A stretch of 51,982 nucleotides of DNA from Candidatus Nanopelagicales bacterium (GTDB lineage Bacteria; Actinomycetota; Actinomycetes; JAHEKZ01): assembly GCA_038316135.1 (NCBI GenBank), contig JBBQAL010000005.1, positions 1-51,982 on the forward strand. The letters are read 5' to 3'. Shown here piece by piece: positions 36,572-47,485 of this stretch. The position numbers and the translations under genes were made by a program. The stretch's first letter is position 1; each line of letters opens with the position of its first letter. The notes beneath the pieces are model-generated. The model was not told where the DNA came from and made no database searches. It saw only the letters and a program-made list of their open reading frames with translations.

Positions 36572-36652
36572 TGTCTGCCCTTCTGGTGATGTCGTCGTCG
36601 GCATCGATGATCCTCGCATACCGCCGGTGGCCTCGCCGTGCCAGTATCGACC

Positions 36653-38002
36653 ATGGAATCCCTCATCACCCCGGCCCTGCAGACCCGCCTCGAGCAGCTC
36701 CGGGACGCCGAGACCGGTGCCTTCAACGAATCCATCCCACAGTCGCGCGCCTGGCTGGCTGAAGCTCGCACCATGATGCCCAACGGCGTCCCGGTCTCGT
36801 GGATGTCCGGCTTCTACCGTCACTCTCCGGTGGTCGCCGTCTCGGGGAGCGGCTCGACCTTCACCGACCTGGACGGCAACCGGTACCGCGACTTCAACCT
36901 GTGCGACCTAGCCATGGCTGCGGGTTTCGCCGCACAGCCCATAGTCGATGCCGTAACTCGGCAGGCCGCCCTAGGCAATCACTTCCTGCTCCCGACAACC
37001 GATGCGATCGAGGTCAGTCGGCTGCTGCGGGATCGCTTCGGCATGCCGAGTTGGCAGTACACCCTGTCTGCGTCGGGCGCTAACGTCGACGCCCTTCGAC
37101 TGGCCAGGGCGTTCACCGGCCGGCAACGCGTGGTGGTGTTCCAGGCGAAATACCACGGTCACATGGACGAGATGCTCTGGTCGAAGGACCAACCTGACGG
37201 TCTGGGCCTGCCTGCTGGGTCCGGAGCCCACCTGACCGCGGTGCCATTCAACGACCTGCCGGCCCTGGAGGCCGTGCTCGCTGGCGGCGACGTCGCCGCA
37301 GTGCTGCTCGAGCCGGTCATGACCAACTGCGGACTCGTCATGCCTCAACCAGGGTTCCACGCGGCGGTGCGCTCAACGACCCGGAAGCACCGAACGCTCG
37401 TCATCGGCGATGTCACACACACCCAGTTCGCCGTCCAGGGCGGCGGGGTGCAGGAGTTCGGGCTTGACCCAGACATTGTCACCGGCGGCAAGGGCATTGG
37501 AGGAGGCGTACCGGTCGGAGTCTTCGGCATGACAACACCACTGGCAGACTTCCTCGCCGACCACGTCGAAGGCGACTTTGCCGACAAGCCCGGCGTTCCA
37601 ACCGGAGGCACCGTCTACGCCAATGCGCTTTCGATGGCCGCCGCCCGGGCCGGCCTGGCCGAGGTCTTCACCACCCATGCACACCAACGCGTGGGCGAGC
37701 TCGGCGAGCAGTTGCAAAGCGGGCTACAGAAGCTGGTCGACGCAAGTGGTCTCGGCTTCACGATCGACCGGTGGGGCGGTCGCTGCCAATGGCGCCTGAC
37801 TGCGGAAGCTCCCGTTACCGGATACGACGGCTACGGGTCGGTCAACGAGGCCTTTGCCGATGCGCGCAAAGTGTTCTTCATGAACCGCGGCATCTGGGAC
37901 GCAATTCCCACCAGCGGACCTGCCATCTCGTTTGCTGCGACCCAGGATGACGTTGACCTCTACGTCGCCGTCAGCGAGCAGTTCCTGACGGCGATCAGTT
38001 GA
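36653..38002 (+). CDS. Class III PLP aminotransferase (GSA-aminomutase-like)
   Basis: DLDGN.Y.D, KYHGH, LEPVMTN, VTGGKGIGGG (PLP Lys), GGTVYAN. Confidence 0.88.
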   Translation: MESLITPALQTRLEQLRDAETGAFNESIPQSRAWLAEARTMMPNGVPVSWMSGFYRHSPVVAVSGSGSTFTDLDGNRYRDFNLCDLAMAAGFAAQPIVDAVTRQAALGNHFLLPTTDAIEVSRLLRDRFGMPSWQYTLSASGANVDALRLARAFTGRQRVVVFQAKYHGHMDEMLWSKDQPDGLGLPAGSGAHLTAVPFNDLPALEAVLAGGDVAAVLLEPVMTNCGLVMPQPGFHAAVRSTTRKHRTLVIGDVTHTQFAVQGGGVQEFGLDPDIVTGGKGIGGGVPVGVFGMTTPLADFLADHVEGDFADKPGVPTGGTVYANALSMAAARAGLAEVFTTHAHQRVGELGEQLQSGLQKLVDASGLGFTIDRWGGRCQWRLTAEAPVTGYDGYGSVNEAFADARKVFFMNRGIWDAIPTSGPAISFAATQDDVDLYVAVSEQFLTAIS

Positions 38003-38828
38003 CCGACTCTTTGCCGCCCAGGTAGGAACCGAGGAAAGTGAAGGCCTCGATCGTCTGGTCGTTCCAGTAGATGCGGGTGTGCCCACCAGGGCCGGACGAG
38101 TTGATCTCCGGCGGCTCGGGCAGGTTTGCAACGAACTCCTGTACCGGCGCGTAGAACGAGTCGTCAGTTCCGACCCAGAACCCGAGCGGCGTAGCTGCCA
38201 GAGCATCGGCATCGGTGAACACGTCGTCACCCTCGCTGATCGCTGGCGCAAAAGCCGCAACGGCGCTGGCCCAGCCCGGATCGACCTCGGCCATTCGCAG
38301 GATGCCGCGACCGCCCATCGACCACCCCCACAGTGCCCGGCGGGACGCGTCAAAGCCCCGCTCGTCGAGCCATTGCGGCATCTCTTTGAGGACCATGGCC
38401 TGAGGGTCGTCACCGTTCGGTTGGGGCTCCCAGGCGAGCGCACTGCCGTAAGCGCCGGCAAGCACGAAGGGCTCAGCGCCCGCATCAACAGCTGCTGTCA
38501 GGAACTGCGGTAGGCCGTACGGCTCGTAGTCGGCCGGGGTGGCCGTTGCGCCGTGGCATACCACCACGACCGGCAGACCCTTGCCCGAGCCGTAGCCGGC
38601 CGGCACGGCGGTGAAGAGGTCAACATCCATTCCCCGCGACTCGGAGTACACGCTTTCGAGAGTCACCTTGCCCACTTCGGCATCGGGGATGTAGGCCGCA
38701 GGGGGGTCCACCAGAACATTCTTGATCCGGTCGGGCCAGAGCGGCCAGGAGGCCGCAGCGCCAATCGTGACGCCGGCCGCCACGGCACCTCCGACGAGTA
38801 GGCGACGACGTGTCACTGATTCGGTCAT
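37995..38828 (-). CDS. Tat-exported alpha/beta hydrolase (esterase family)
   Basis: TRRRLL twin-Arg signal; GWSMGG nucleophile elbow, G.DD, GGH; leaderless TACACT-N6-ATG. Confidence 0.85.
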   Translation of the reverse strand: MTESVTRRRLLVGGAVAAGVTIGAAASWPLWPDRIKNVLVDPPAAYIPDAEVGKVTLESVYSESRGMDVDLFTAVPAGYGSGKGLPVVVVCHGATATPADYEPYGLPQFLTAAVDAGAEPFVLAGAYGSALAWEPQPNGDDPQAMVLKEMPQWLDERGFDASRRALWGWSMGGRGILRMAEVDPGWASAVAAFAPAISEGDDVFTDADALAATPLGFWVGTDDSFYAPVQEFVANLPEPPEINSSGPGGHTRIYWNDQTIEAFTFLGSYLGGKESVN

Positions 38829-38879
38829 CCGGCGAGTGTAGGTGGCCGAACTTGTCAGCCACCGACAAACCCAAGCGCT

Positions 38880-39389
38880 TCACCCGCGTGGCACAAACTC
38901 CGTAGTCGTGGCGAAGTCGACGTCGGCACCGGAGTCGAGCCCTTCGGTAAGGAACCACGGGCGCACGGCTCCGTAGTTGCCCTGCCACAGACAGGTCGAG
39001 GGGATGCTGAACGTGGCGGTTGACGATGCTGGCCTCCAGTTGACGACCAAGCCGTCGCAGGCAATCCGACCGTTACGGTCGAGCAGCACGTTGCGGCCCC
39101 CGCCATCGGCCCGATGCCGGCTCACTAACCGGAGCAGCGCACGTTGGCGTGCCTTCACACCAACGATGAGCGTGCCGTCCCGATCGGTGCGGAAACCCAC
39201 TGTGCCGGTCAGGGTGTAGTCGGTGTTGTCCAGCACGCCGCTGACAATGTCCAGGCCAGGGCCATCGTTGTCGCGAGCCGGATCGGTGACGGTCAGCTCG
39301 GCGGCTGAAGCTGCTGGCGTGAGGCCAAGCATGAGGCCAACGGCAAGGCAGGCGGATAGGGCAACGGAGGTAACTCGGGCTGTTGTCAT
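38880..39389 (-). CDS. Secreted hypothetical protein, paralog A
   Basis: Signal peptide ..PAASA; DP..D...GLDI, CDG and PSTCLW; leaderless TACGGT-N7-ATG. Confidence 0.8.
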   Translation of the reverse strand: MTTARVTSVALSACLAVGLMLGLTPAASAAELTVTDPARDNDGPGLDIVSGVLDNTDYTLTGTVGFRTDRDGTLIVGVKARQRALLRLVSRHRADGGGRNVLLDRNGRIACDGLVVNWRPASSTATFSIPSTCLWQGNYGAVRPWFLTEGLDSGADVDFATTTEFVPRG

Positions 39390-39454
39390 GGCACGAACCG
39401 TACGCCGTTTTTGCTGCCGAAGGCCGACCGTCCACAGGGCCCTCCCGAGCCGGT

Positions 39455-39964
39455 TCAGGCGCGGGCGATGGCGTTGATCGGACCGGCATCGTCGACATCG
39501 GAACCCTTCAGCACCTCCGTGAGGATCCATGGCGCACGCACGGTCGCATATTTGCCATCCCACAGGCAGGTAGATGGAACGGTGAAGGTCAGCGATGCCG
39601 CCGACTCGTCCCACGTTGCGACGAAGCCGTCACAGGTGATGCGCCCAGCCGCATTGAGAATGAAGTCACGACTCGTTCCGTCGTCGTGACGTTTGCTAGC
39701 AAGTCGGATCAGGCCGACACCTTCCGCCTTGATGGCGACGATGGCCGCTCCCGAACGTACTTTGCGGAAGCTCACGGTGGCGCTGAGCGCTTCGGCACCG
39801 TTGTCGACAGAGGCCCCAACGATGTCGAGCCCGCGACCAGCGTTGTCACCGGACGGATCGGTCGTCGACAACTCAGCAGCTGACGCCGTCGGAGCCAGGC
39901 TCAGGACGAGGCAGGCCGACAGACTGACGGAGGCAAGAAGCGACGTGACTCGTGTTGGTCTCAT
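39455..39964 (-). CDS. Secreted hypothetical protein, paralog B
   Basis: Signal peptide ..PTASA; same motifs as paralog A; leaderless TATCTT-N7-ATG. Confidence 0.8.
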   Translation of the reverse strand: MRPTRVTSLLASVSLSACLVLSLAPTASAAELSTTDPSGDNAGRGLDIVGASVDNGAEALSATVSFRKVRSGAAIVAIKAEGVGLIRLASKRHDDGTSRDFILNAAGRITCDGFVATWDESAASLTFTVPSTCLWDGKYATVRAPWILTEVLKGSDVDDAGPINAIARA

Positions 39965-40030
39965 GCACCACAAGATAGCGGTCGATACCTGGCAGTGCAA
40001 GAGAGCAGCGCTGCGTCGCTTCGAATTGCG

Positions 40031-40103
40031 TGGAGACGAGGGGAATCGAACCCCTAACCCCCGCCTTGCAAAGGCGGTGCTCTGCCAATTGAGCTACGTC
40101 CCC
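40031..40103 (-). tRNA. tRNA-Ala(TGC)
   Basis: GGGGACG/CGTCTCC stem with G3-U70, TTTGCAA loop, GGTTCGATTCC; CCA not encoded. Confidence 0.97.
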
Positions 40104-40134
40104 GGTACGCCGTCAGGCGCTCGGAGCAAAGAGG

Positions 40135-40284
40135 TCAGCGAAGGTCGACGACCGGAGCATCTGAGTCGAGGTCGGAGACCGCCTCGTTCCAGAGGTCCTG
40201 CTCGGCCTTGTCGTTGGACACCTTCCGCCAGACGGCGAAGGCTCCAGCAGCCGCTGCAGCCAGGACGAGCAACTTCTTGAACAT
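40135..40284 (-). CDS. DLW-39 family small protein (49 aa; absent from ORF track)
   Basis: GGAGGAG RBS; MFKKLLVLAAAAAGAFAVWRKVSNDKAEQDLWNEA...; lies between tRNA-Ile and tRNA-Ala. Confidence 0.9.
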   Translation of the reverse strand: MFKKLLVLAAAAAGAFAVWRKVSNDKAEQDLWNEAVSDLDSDAPVVDLR

Positions 40285-40314
40285 AACTCCTCCAAATGGC
40301 CGGGGTTAGACCAG

Positions 40315-40389
40315 TGGGCCTAGATGGACTTGAACCATCGACCTCTTCCTTATCAGGGAAGCGCTCTAACCGAGCTGAGCTATAGGCCC
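40315..40389 (-). tRNA. tRNA-Ile(GAT)
   Basis: GGGCCTA/TAGGCCC stem, CTGATAA loop, GGTTCAAGTCC. Confidence 0.97.
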
Positions 40390-40445
40390 GTGCCGAACGT
40401 GAAGGCTACCTGACCAGCCGATTCCCCCAAAACCGGGCACCGGTG

Positions 40446-40931
40446 TCAGCCTTCGTCGGTCACCGACACCTCCAGGCCTCCGGCGAGGCTGGTGGCGAGG
40501 TTGAACAGGAAGGCGCCGATGGTGGCCAGGGCCGTGATCAGAACGACGTCGATTGCGCCGATCAAGAGGCCGACTGCCAGCACCCTGCCAAAGCTGAAGT
40601 ACTGCGTGATAGTGACCGCACCGTCCCCGAGGACCGACTGCAAGGCATCGTCGACTGAGCCGAAGACTCCAGCAGTCGCCAACATCGACCAAAGCAGGAG
40701 GAGTGCGACGACGGTGATGATGGCGGTTGCGATAGAGAGGAGGAAGGACAGTCGTAGAACGGTCCAAGGGTCGACGCGGGTGATTGTCATGCGCAGACGA
40801 CGTTGCCTCGGTGCATACGGTGTACCAGCGGGGGAGACGAACGTTCCTGACCCGGCGGCTGGACGGTCGGACATCGCAGGTTGCGGTGCCTTCGCTCCAT
40901 CGCTCGGACGTCCCCCGCTGGTGGTGGTCAC
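40446..40931 (-). CDS. DUF3566 membrane protein
   Basis: R.DPW.V..LSF, two TMs, A.L.NL...L.GG.EV; usual position after gyrA. Confidence 0.92.
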   Translation of the reverse strand: MTTTSGGRPSDGAKAPQPAMSDRPAAGSGTFVSPAGTPYAPRQRRLRMTITRVDPWTVLRLSFLLSIATAIITVVALLLLWSMLATAGVFGSVDDALQSVLGDGAVTITQYFSFGRVLAVGLLIGAIDVVLITALATIGAFLFNLATSLAGGLEVSVTDEG

Positions 40932-43483
40932 GGCGCCTGGCCTCCATCACCGTCATTTACTTGGCTCTCATCAACCACGACATCGGTAGCGACCTCAGTT
41001 TCGTCGAGTTCATCGACATCGTCGGCCTCGGGGTTTCGCGTCACCGCGACGACCGCGTCACCCTCACCGACGGACGTCAACGTGACACCCATCGTGTCGC
41101 GTCCAGTAGCGCGGATGTCACCGACGGGAGTACGAATCACCTCGCCGCTCGACTTGATGGCAAAGATCTCGTCACCCTCGCGGGCAACGATCGCCCCTAC
41201 CAACAAACCCCGCTCGTCGCTGGCCAGTCGCATCGCCTTCACGCCGAGGATTCCGCGACCCTTGGGCGTCCACTCGGTGACCGAGGTGCGTTTGGCAAAG
41301 CCACCATCGGTGACTGTCACGACGAACGCGTCCTCGTGGGCGACATCCATCGCCAAGAGATCGTCGTTGCCGCGGAACTTCATCCCGATCACACCCTGGG
41401 TGGCACGAGCCATGGGACGCAGTGTGGCGTCATCGGAGTGAAAGCGCACGGACTGACCCTTGCGTGACACCAACAGCAGATCATCGTCGGCGCTGCACAT
41501 GATGGCCGAGATCACCTCGTCACCCTCACGCAGGTTGATCGCAATGACGCCGCCGCTGCGGTTGGAGTCGTACTCAGTCAGCTTGGTCTTCTTCACCATC
41601 CCACCCCGAGTCGCAAGCACGAGGTAGGGCGACTGTTCGTAGTCCTTGAGATCGAGCACCTGGGCGATCTGCTCATCTGGCTGGAACGCCAAAAGGTTGG
41701 CGACGTGCTGCCCACGCGCATCGCGCCCGGTATCGGGAAGCTCGAAGGCCTTGGCTCGATAGACCCGGCCCTGGTTGGTGAAGAACAGGATCCAGTGGTG
41801 AGTAGTGGTGGTGAAGAAGTGTTCAACGATGTCGTCCTGCTTGAGCGCAGCACCTCTAACGCCCTTACCGCCGCGACGCTGCGAGCGGTAGAGGTCGGCC
41901 TTGGTTCGCTTCGCATACCCATCGCGGGTGATCGTGATGACGAGGTCTTCCTCCGCGATCAGGTCTTCGATCGACATATCCCCGTCGAAGGGGATGATCT
42001 CGGTGCGCCGCTCGTCACCGAACTTGCCGACGATCTCTGCGAGCTCATCGCCGACAATCGACCGCTGCCGCGCCTCGTTGGAGAGGATGTCGTTGTAGTC
42101 GGCGATGCGAGACATCAGGTCGTCGTACTCATCAGTGATCTTCTTGTGTTCCAACGCAGCGAGACGGCGCAGCTGCATGTCGAGAATCGCAGTCGCCTGT
42201 ACCTCGTCGATCTCGAGCAGCTGCATCAGCCCTGTCCGAGCGTCATCGACGGTCGCACTCGCGCGAATGAGCGCGATCACCTCGTCGAGTGCGTCAAGGG
42301 CCTTCAGCAGCGCACGCAGAATGTGTGCGCGCTCCTCCGCCTTGCGTAGCCGGTACCGAGTACGTCGCTGAATGACCTCGATCTGGTGGGCCACCCAGTA
42401 GGTAACGAACTGGTCGAGCGTCAGGGTGCGCGGGACGCCGTCAACGAGCGCCAGCATGTTGGCGCCGAAGGTCTCTTGCAGCTGAGTGTGCTTGTAGAGG
42501 TTGTTGAGCACCACCTTGGCGACGGCGTCTCTCTTGAGAACGACGATGATGCGCATGCCGGTACGGGAGGACGAGTCGTCGCGCAGGTCGGCGATCCCCT
42601 GCAGCTTGCCGCTGTTGACCAGGTCAGCAATCTTCAGTGCCAGGTTGTCGGGGTTGACCTGGTAGGGCAGCTGAGTGATCACCAGGCAGGCCCGGTTCTG
42701 GATCTCTTCGACCTCGACGACCGCACGCATGGTGATGAGGCCGCGTCCGGTGCGGTACGCGTCGTCGATCCCGCGCATACCAACGATGAGTGACCCGGTA
42801 GGGAAATCGGGGCCCTTGATTCGTTCCAGCAACGCGTCGAGCAGTTCTTCACGCGACGCATCTGGGTTCTGGAGGGCCCACTGGACGCCGGACGCGACCT
42901 CGCGCAGGTTGTGTGGCGGAATGTTCGTCGCCATGCCGACAGCGATGCCGGCGCTGCCATTCACCAACAGGTTCGGGAACCGGCTGGGCAAGATGGTCGG
43001 CTCGGCGGTACGTCCGTCGTAGTTCGGGGCGAAGTCGACAGTGTCTTCGTCGATGTCGCGCACCATGTCCATGGCCAGCGGTGTCATGCGGGCTTCGGTG
43101 TAGCGCATAGCAGCGGCAGCGTCGTTGCCAGGGGACCCGAAGTTTCCCTGTCCCTGCACCAACGGATAGCGCAACGCCCACGGCTGGGCGAGTCGCACCA
43201 GGGTGTCGTAGATCGCGTTGTCGCCGTGTGGGTGGTAGTTGCCCATGACGTCGCCGACGATGCGAGCACACTTGCTGAAGTTGCGGTCGGGCCGGTAGCC
43301 ACCGTCGTACATCGCGTAGATGACCCGGCGATGGACCGGCTTGAGCCCGTCGCGCACGTCGGGCAGGGCGCGCGACACGATCACGCTCATGGCGTAGTCG
43401 AGGTACGAGCGCTGCATTTCGACCTGAAGGTCGACCGGCTCGACGCGGCCGCCCGGGCCTGGTGTGTCGGTGGTCTCAGTCAC
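40928..43483 (-). CDS. gyrA: DNA gyrase subunit A
   Basis: [29 protein letters not shown], GyrA-box QRRGGKG, beta-pinwheel CTD. Confidence 0.98.
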   Translation of the reverse strand: MTETTDTPGPGGRVEPVDLQVEMQRSYLDYAMSVIVSRALPDVRDGLKPVHRRVIYAMYDGGYRPDRNFSKCARIVGDVMGNYHPHGDNAIYDTLVRLAQPWALRYPLVQGQGNFGSPGNDAAAAMRYTEARMTPLAMDMVRDIDEDTVDFAPNYDGRTAEPTILPSRFPNLLVNGSAGIAVGMATNIPPHNLREVASGVQWALQNPDASREELLDALLERIKGPDFPTGSLIVGMRGIDDAYRTGRGLITMRAVVEVEEIQNRACLVITQLPYQVNPDNLALKIADLVNSGKLQGIADLRDDSSSRTGMRIIVVLKRDAVAKVVLNNLYKHTQLQETFGANMLALVDGVPRTLTLDQFVTYWVAHQIEVIQRRTRYRLRKAEERAHILRALLKALDALDEVIALIRASATVDDARTGLMQLLEIDEVQATAILDMQLRRLAALEHKKITDEYDDLMSRIADYNDILSNEARQRSIVGDELAEIVGKFGDERRTEIIPFDGDMSIEDLIAEEDLVITITRDGYAKRTKADLYRSQRRGGKGVRGAALKQDDIVEHFFTTTTHHWILFFTNQGRVYRAKAFELPDTGRDARGQHVANLLAFQPDEQIAQVLDLKDYEQSPYLVLATRGGMVKKTKLTEYDSNRSGGVIAINLREGDEVISAIMCSADDDLLLVSRKGQSVRFHSDDATLRPMARATQGVIGMKFRGNDDLLAMDVAHEDAFVVTVTDGGFAKRTSVTEWTPKGRGILGVKAMRLASDERGLLVGAIVAREGDEIFAIKSSGEVIRTPVGDIRATGRDTMGVTLTSVGEGDAVVAVTRNPEADDVDELDETEVATDVVVDESQVNDGDGGQAP

Positions 43484-43530
43484 CTGGTGTCCCTGTTCGC
43501 TGGCTATCGGTGGTTGGGGGGCTGGTAGAC

Positions 43531-45492
43531 CTAGATGTCGAGGAAGCGCACGTCGCGCGCGTTGCGTTGGATGAACTTCCGGCGGGCCTCGACGTCCTCA
43601 CCCATGAGGGTGGCGAACGTCTCGTCAGCCTGAATCGCGTCTTCGAGCGTTACCTGTAGAAGGATGCGCCGCTGCGAGTCCATCGTGGTCTCCCACAGCT
43701 CGTCGGCATTCATCTCACCCAGTCCCTTGTAGCGCTGGATGCCTTCCTCTTTAGGCATCTTGCGTCCTGCGGACGCGCCGGCTTCCAGAAGCACATCTCG
43801 TTCGCGATCGCTGTACGCATACTCAGCATCCTCGCGTGACCACTTGATTTTGAAGAGTGGCGGTTGAGCCAGGTAGACGTACCCCTCTTCGATCAACGGA
43901 CGCATGAAACGGAAGAGCAGGGTCAGCAACAAGGTACGGATGTGCTGACCGTCGACATCGGCGTCGGCCATCAGGACGACCTTGTGGTAGCGCAGCTTGG
44001 CGATGTCGAACTCTTCGTGGACCCCGGTACCGAGTGCAGAGATCATCGCCTGAACCTCGTTGTTCTGCAGCACCCGGTCGATCCGGGCCTTCTCGACGTT
44101 CAGGATCTTGCCGCGGATGGGCAAGATCGCCTGCGTCTGGGGGTTGCGTCCGTTGCGCGCACTACCGCCAGCGGAGTCGCCTTCAACAACGAATACCTCG
44201 CACTCTTCGGGGTTGTTCGACGAGCAGTCGATCAGCTTGCCGGGGAGCCCACCGCCACCGAGTAGGCCCTTTCGGTTGCGAGCGAGGTCGCGCGCCTTAC
44301 GCGCAGCGATCCGCGCCGTTGCGGCATTGATCGACTTCCGCGCAACCTCCTTGCCTTCGGCCGGGTTTGCATCGAACCACGCGGCAAGCTGGTCGTTGGT
44401 GACCTTCTGCACGAAGGTCTTCGCATCTGCATTGCCCAGCTTCGTCTTCGTCTGGCCCTCGAACTGAGGTTCGCGCAGTTTGATCGAGACGATCGCCGTC
44501 AAGCCTTCCCGGATGTCTTCACCGGAAAGATTGGGGTCTTTGTCTTTGAGCAGGTTCCAGCGCTCACGTGCATAGCGGTTCATCAACGACGTCAACGAGG
44601 TGCGAAAGCCCTCTTCGTGAGCGCCACCTTCGTGGGTGTTGATCGTGTTCGCGAAGGTGTGCACGCCTTCGGTGTAGTCACCGTTCCACTGCATAGCGAC
44701 CTCGAGACTCATGCCGAGCTTGATGTCTTCGGCTCCGTACTCGATCACGTTGGAGTGCACGGGGCCGGACTTGCTGCGCGCGTTGATGTGTCGCACAAAG
44801 TCGGCGATGCCACCCTCGTAGTAGTAGGTGACGTGCCGAACGTCCGGTTCGTCGTCATCGACATCTGCGTCACGCACACGTTCATCGATCAGCTCGATGG
44901 TGAGCGCGCGGTTCAGGAACGCCATCTCTTGTAAACGACGGGAGAGCGTGTCAAACGAGTAGACAACGTCATCGAAGATGCCGGCGTCGGCCCAGTACGT
45001 GATCGTCGTTCCGGTGAGGTCCGTCGCTTCACCCTTGGCCAACGGTGCCATCGGCACGCCGTGCTCGTACGACTGACGCCACACGTGACCGTCGCGACGC
45101 ACCTCGACATCGAGGCGGGTGGAGAGCGCGTTGACTACCGAGACGCCAACTCCGTGCAAACCACCGGAGACTGAGTAGCCGCCGCCGCCGAACTTGCCGC
45201 CGGCGTGGAGAACTGTCAGCACGACTTCAACGGCTGGGCGCTTCTCGACCGGGTGGAGATCGACCGGAATACCGCGGCCGTTGTCGATGACCCGGACCGA
45301 TCCGTCTTCGCGCAAGGTGACGGTGATGTGATCGGCGTAGCCAGCCATCGCCTCGTCGACGGAGTTGTCGACGACCTCCTGGACCAGGTGGTGCAGCCCC
45401 CGCTCGCCGGTGGAGCCGATGTACATGCCCGGGCGCTTGCGGACCGCGTCGAGGCCCTCGAGGACCTGGATGTCAGTGGCGTCGTAGGACAA
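43531..45492 (-). CDS. gyrB: DNA gyrase subunit B
   Basis: [48 protein letters not shown]; TTG start chosen after GGAG RBS (frame open to 45564). Confidence 0.97.
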   Translation of the reverse strand: MSYDATDIQVLEGLDAVRKRPGMYIGSTGERGLHHLVQEVVDNSVDEAMAGYADHITVTLREDGSVRVIDNGRGIPVDLHPVEKRPAVEVVLTVLHAGGKFGGGGYSVSGGLHGVGVSVVNALSTRLDVEVRRDGHVWRQSYEHGVPMAPLAKGEATDLTGTTITYWADAGIFDDVVYSFDTLSRRLQEMAFLNRALTIELIDERVRDADVDDDEPDVRHVTYYYEGGIADFVRHINARSKSGPVHSNVIEYGAEDIKLGMSLEVAMQWNGDYTEGVHTFANTINTHEGGAHEEGFRTSLTSLMNRYARERWNLLKDKDPNLSGEDIREGLTAIVSIKLREPQFEGQTKTKLGNADAKTFVQKVTNDQLAAWFDANPAEGKEVARKSINAATARIAARKARDLARNRKGLLGGGGLPGKLIDCSSNNPEECEVFVVEGDSAGGSARNGRNPQTQAILPIRGKILNVEKARIDRVLQNNEVQAMISALGTGVHEEFDIAKLRYHKVVLMADADVDGQHIRTLLLTLLFRFMRPLIEEGYVYLAQPPLFKIKWSREDAEYAYSDRERDVLLEAGASAGRKMPKEEGIQRYKGLGEMNADELWETTMDSQRRILLQVTLEDAIQADETFATLMGEDVEARRKFIQRNARDVRFLDI

Positions 45493-45621
45493 CAGTTGGC
45501 TCCGATCAAGGGCCACTCCGTGCTCAGCGGTGCTCACGGGAGAGTCTGCTGCGGAGCGGCCCAAGGTGATGATGCGTGGTGGAGAAGCGGTTAGGTAAAG
45601 CCGTGCGATGTCGGTGGATCG

Positions 45622-45643
45622 ATTCTACTGGGTACGGCCGACA
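45622..45643 (-). promoter_or_regulatory. RecA-NDp/PafBC-type promoter upstream of gyrB
   Basis: Minus strand TGTCGG-N10-TAGAAT. Confidence 0.6.
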
Positions 45644-45761
45644 GAATGCCGATTCTGGGCCTGTGGCGCCTGGCTGGCGCCGTGCTCACGCCGGGGGGTG
45701 ACCCTCCATACGCGGATGGCTGAATTTGCGCGATCTGGCGGGTCCTAAGGCGCTCGGGCCA

Positions 45762-46358
45762 TTACCCGTAGGTATCTCGTGGCCCCCGACCCTTGACCCG
45801 CAGCCGACCCTTCTTCCACGAGGGCCCCTGAGGCCCCAGAACCTGAAGGTGGGTCACCGTGCCGGCGCCCAGCTCGTCGTTGAGTCTGGCCAGCAAAGTG
45901 GGGACCAACATGCGCACCTGGGTGGCCCAGGCGGTGGAGTCAGTGCGGACGGTCAGGCGTCCGGCCTCGAACTCCTCTGGGACACAGTGAGCAGCTACAT
46001 CGGCGCCGACAATTTGCGGCCAGCGACCCTCAACGCCGCCGACCGCGATGGGCTCACTCCAGCCGCGTTCGCTGACGAGGTCGTCAACCGACGTCGCAAT
46101 CGGCTGTGGGTCTCGGTCGTCTGGGCTGGCGCCGGAGTACGAGGCGGGGTCACTACTGGGCCGCCACCGCCGGCGCGATGATCGACTAGCCACGCGGGCC
46201 CGACTCGGCGCCCCCTTCGACGCCGCCCGCACCTGCGCGAGCAAGGACCGAGTGAGATCTGACTCGGCCGAGGGAGTGGCCCTTGCGTCCTGGTGTTCGT
46301 CGGCGGGAGCCGAGGGCTCGGGGCCCGGCTCGCCACTACCAGCATCTTCACTGCTCAC
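45762..46358 (-). CDS. DUF721/DciA family protein
   Basis: [31 protein letters not shown]...[10 protein letters not shown]. Confidence 0.92.
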   Translation of the reverse strand: MSSEDAGSGEPGPEPSAPADEHQDARATPSAESDLTRSLLAQVRAASKGAPSRARVASRSSRRRWRPSSDPASYSGASPDDRDPQPIATSVDDLVSERGWSEPIAVGGVEGRWPQIVGADVAAHCVPEEFEAGRLTVRTDSTAWATQVRMLVPTLLARLNDELGAGTVTHLQVLGPQGPSWKKGRLRVKGRGPRDTYG

Positions 46359-47475
46359 GTCGCACCTGCCCAGCATCGACTGTGAACCGGCTCCCCGAAA
46401 GCGTAGACGGTATGTCCGCAGCCACTGCAGCCGTGACAAGCACCTGCTCGGCAGCTCCGACCATGTCAGCCAAACGGTCACGACGGGTGGAGTCGAGCTC
46501 GGCAAAGACGTCATCGAGGACCAAGACCGGGTCGTCGCCGTCGGCCCGTAGCAGTTCGAACGACGCCAGACGCAGTGCCAGCACCATCGACCACGACTCA
46601 CCATGGGAGGCGTAGCCCTTTGCTGGGTGGTCACCCAGATTCAGCAACAGGTCGTCGCGATGCGGCCCGGTGAGAGTCACTCCCCTGGCAAGTTCGTCAC
46701 GCTCCACCTTCTCAAGCGAGAGGCGCAGTGCGTCGGAAATCTCGTCGCGGGTGACCGCCCGGTCGAGCGGCGACTCCGCGCACCACGACGCCTTGTAGTC
46801 AAGCCCGGCATTGCCACCAGTCGGAGCAAGATCGGCGTATGCCTTCTGAACAGGTGCACGGAGTTCGGAGACCAGAGACATTCGGGATTCCAGAACCTCA
46901 CTGCCCAGCTGCACCAAGTGCTCGTTCCACACCGCCAACGTTGTGGCATCGAAAGATCCGCGAGTGGCGGCAGCGCTCTTCAACAGGGCGTTGCGCTGTT
47001 TGAGCATTCGGTCATAGTCAGACTTCACCCCGGCAAGGCGAGGAGTGCGCAGCACCATGAGGTCATCGAGGAACCGCCTCCGCACATCAGGGTCTCCTCG
47101 AACAAGCCACAGGTCTTCCGGCGCAAACACGACGGCCCGGAGGGCTCCGAGTAGCTCGCGGGCCCTCGGCAGCTGCGACTTGTTGATGCGGGCCCGGTTG
47201 CTCTTCCCTGGAACAATCTCAATCTCGAGGAGAAGCCGTCGCCCTAGTCGCTCGACGGCCGCACGGACGACCGCTCGCTCGGCACCGTGCCTGACCAATG
47301 GGTGATCAGATGCAACCCGATGACTTCCAAGGGTGGCTAGGTACCCGATGGCTTCGACGATGTTCGTCTTTCCTTGACCATTGCGGCCCACCAGAACTGC
47401 CACACCCGGTTCCAGATCGAGCTGGACAAGTGGGTACGAACGGAAGTCGACCAGCTCGAGCGCCGTGACAAACAC
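46348..47475 (-). CDS. recF: DNA replication/repair protein RecF
   Basis: [38 protein letters not shown]. Confidence 0.97.
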   Translation of the reverse strand: MFVTALELVDFRSYPLVQLDLEPGVAVLVGRNGQGKTNIVEAIGYLATLGSHRVASDHPLVRHGAERAVVRAAVERLGRRLLLEIEIVPGKSNRARINKSQLPRARELLGALRAVVFAPEDLWLVRGDPDVRRRFLDDLMVLRTPRLAGVKSDYDRMLKQRNALLKSAAATRGSFDATTLAVWNEHLVQLGSEVLESRMSLVSELRAPVQKAYADLAPTGGNAGLDYKASWCAESPLDRAVTRDEISDALRLSLEKVERDELARGVTLTGPHRDDLLLNLGDHPAKGYASHGESWSMVLALRLASFELLRADGDDPVLVLDDVFAELDSTRRDRLADMVGAAEQVLVTAAVAADIPSTLSGSRFTVDAGQVRREQ

Positions 47476-47485
47476 TGCGGCCAGA

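Noticed and set aside
38850-38870. PafBC-like TTGTCGGTG before the Tat esterase
   Set aside because: No TANNNT 10 nt downstream; the likely -10 is farther away
47476-47485. No gnd gene between dnaN and recF
   Set aside because: Presence varies among Actinobacteria; ordinary
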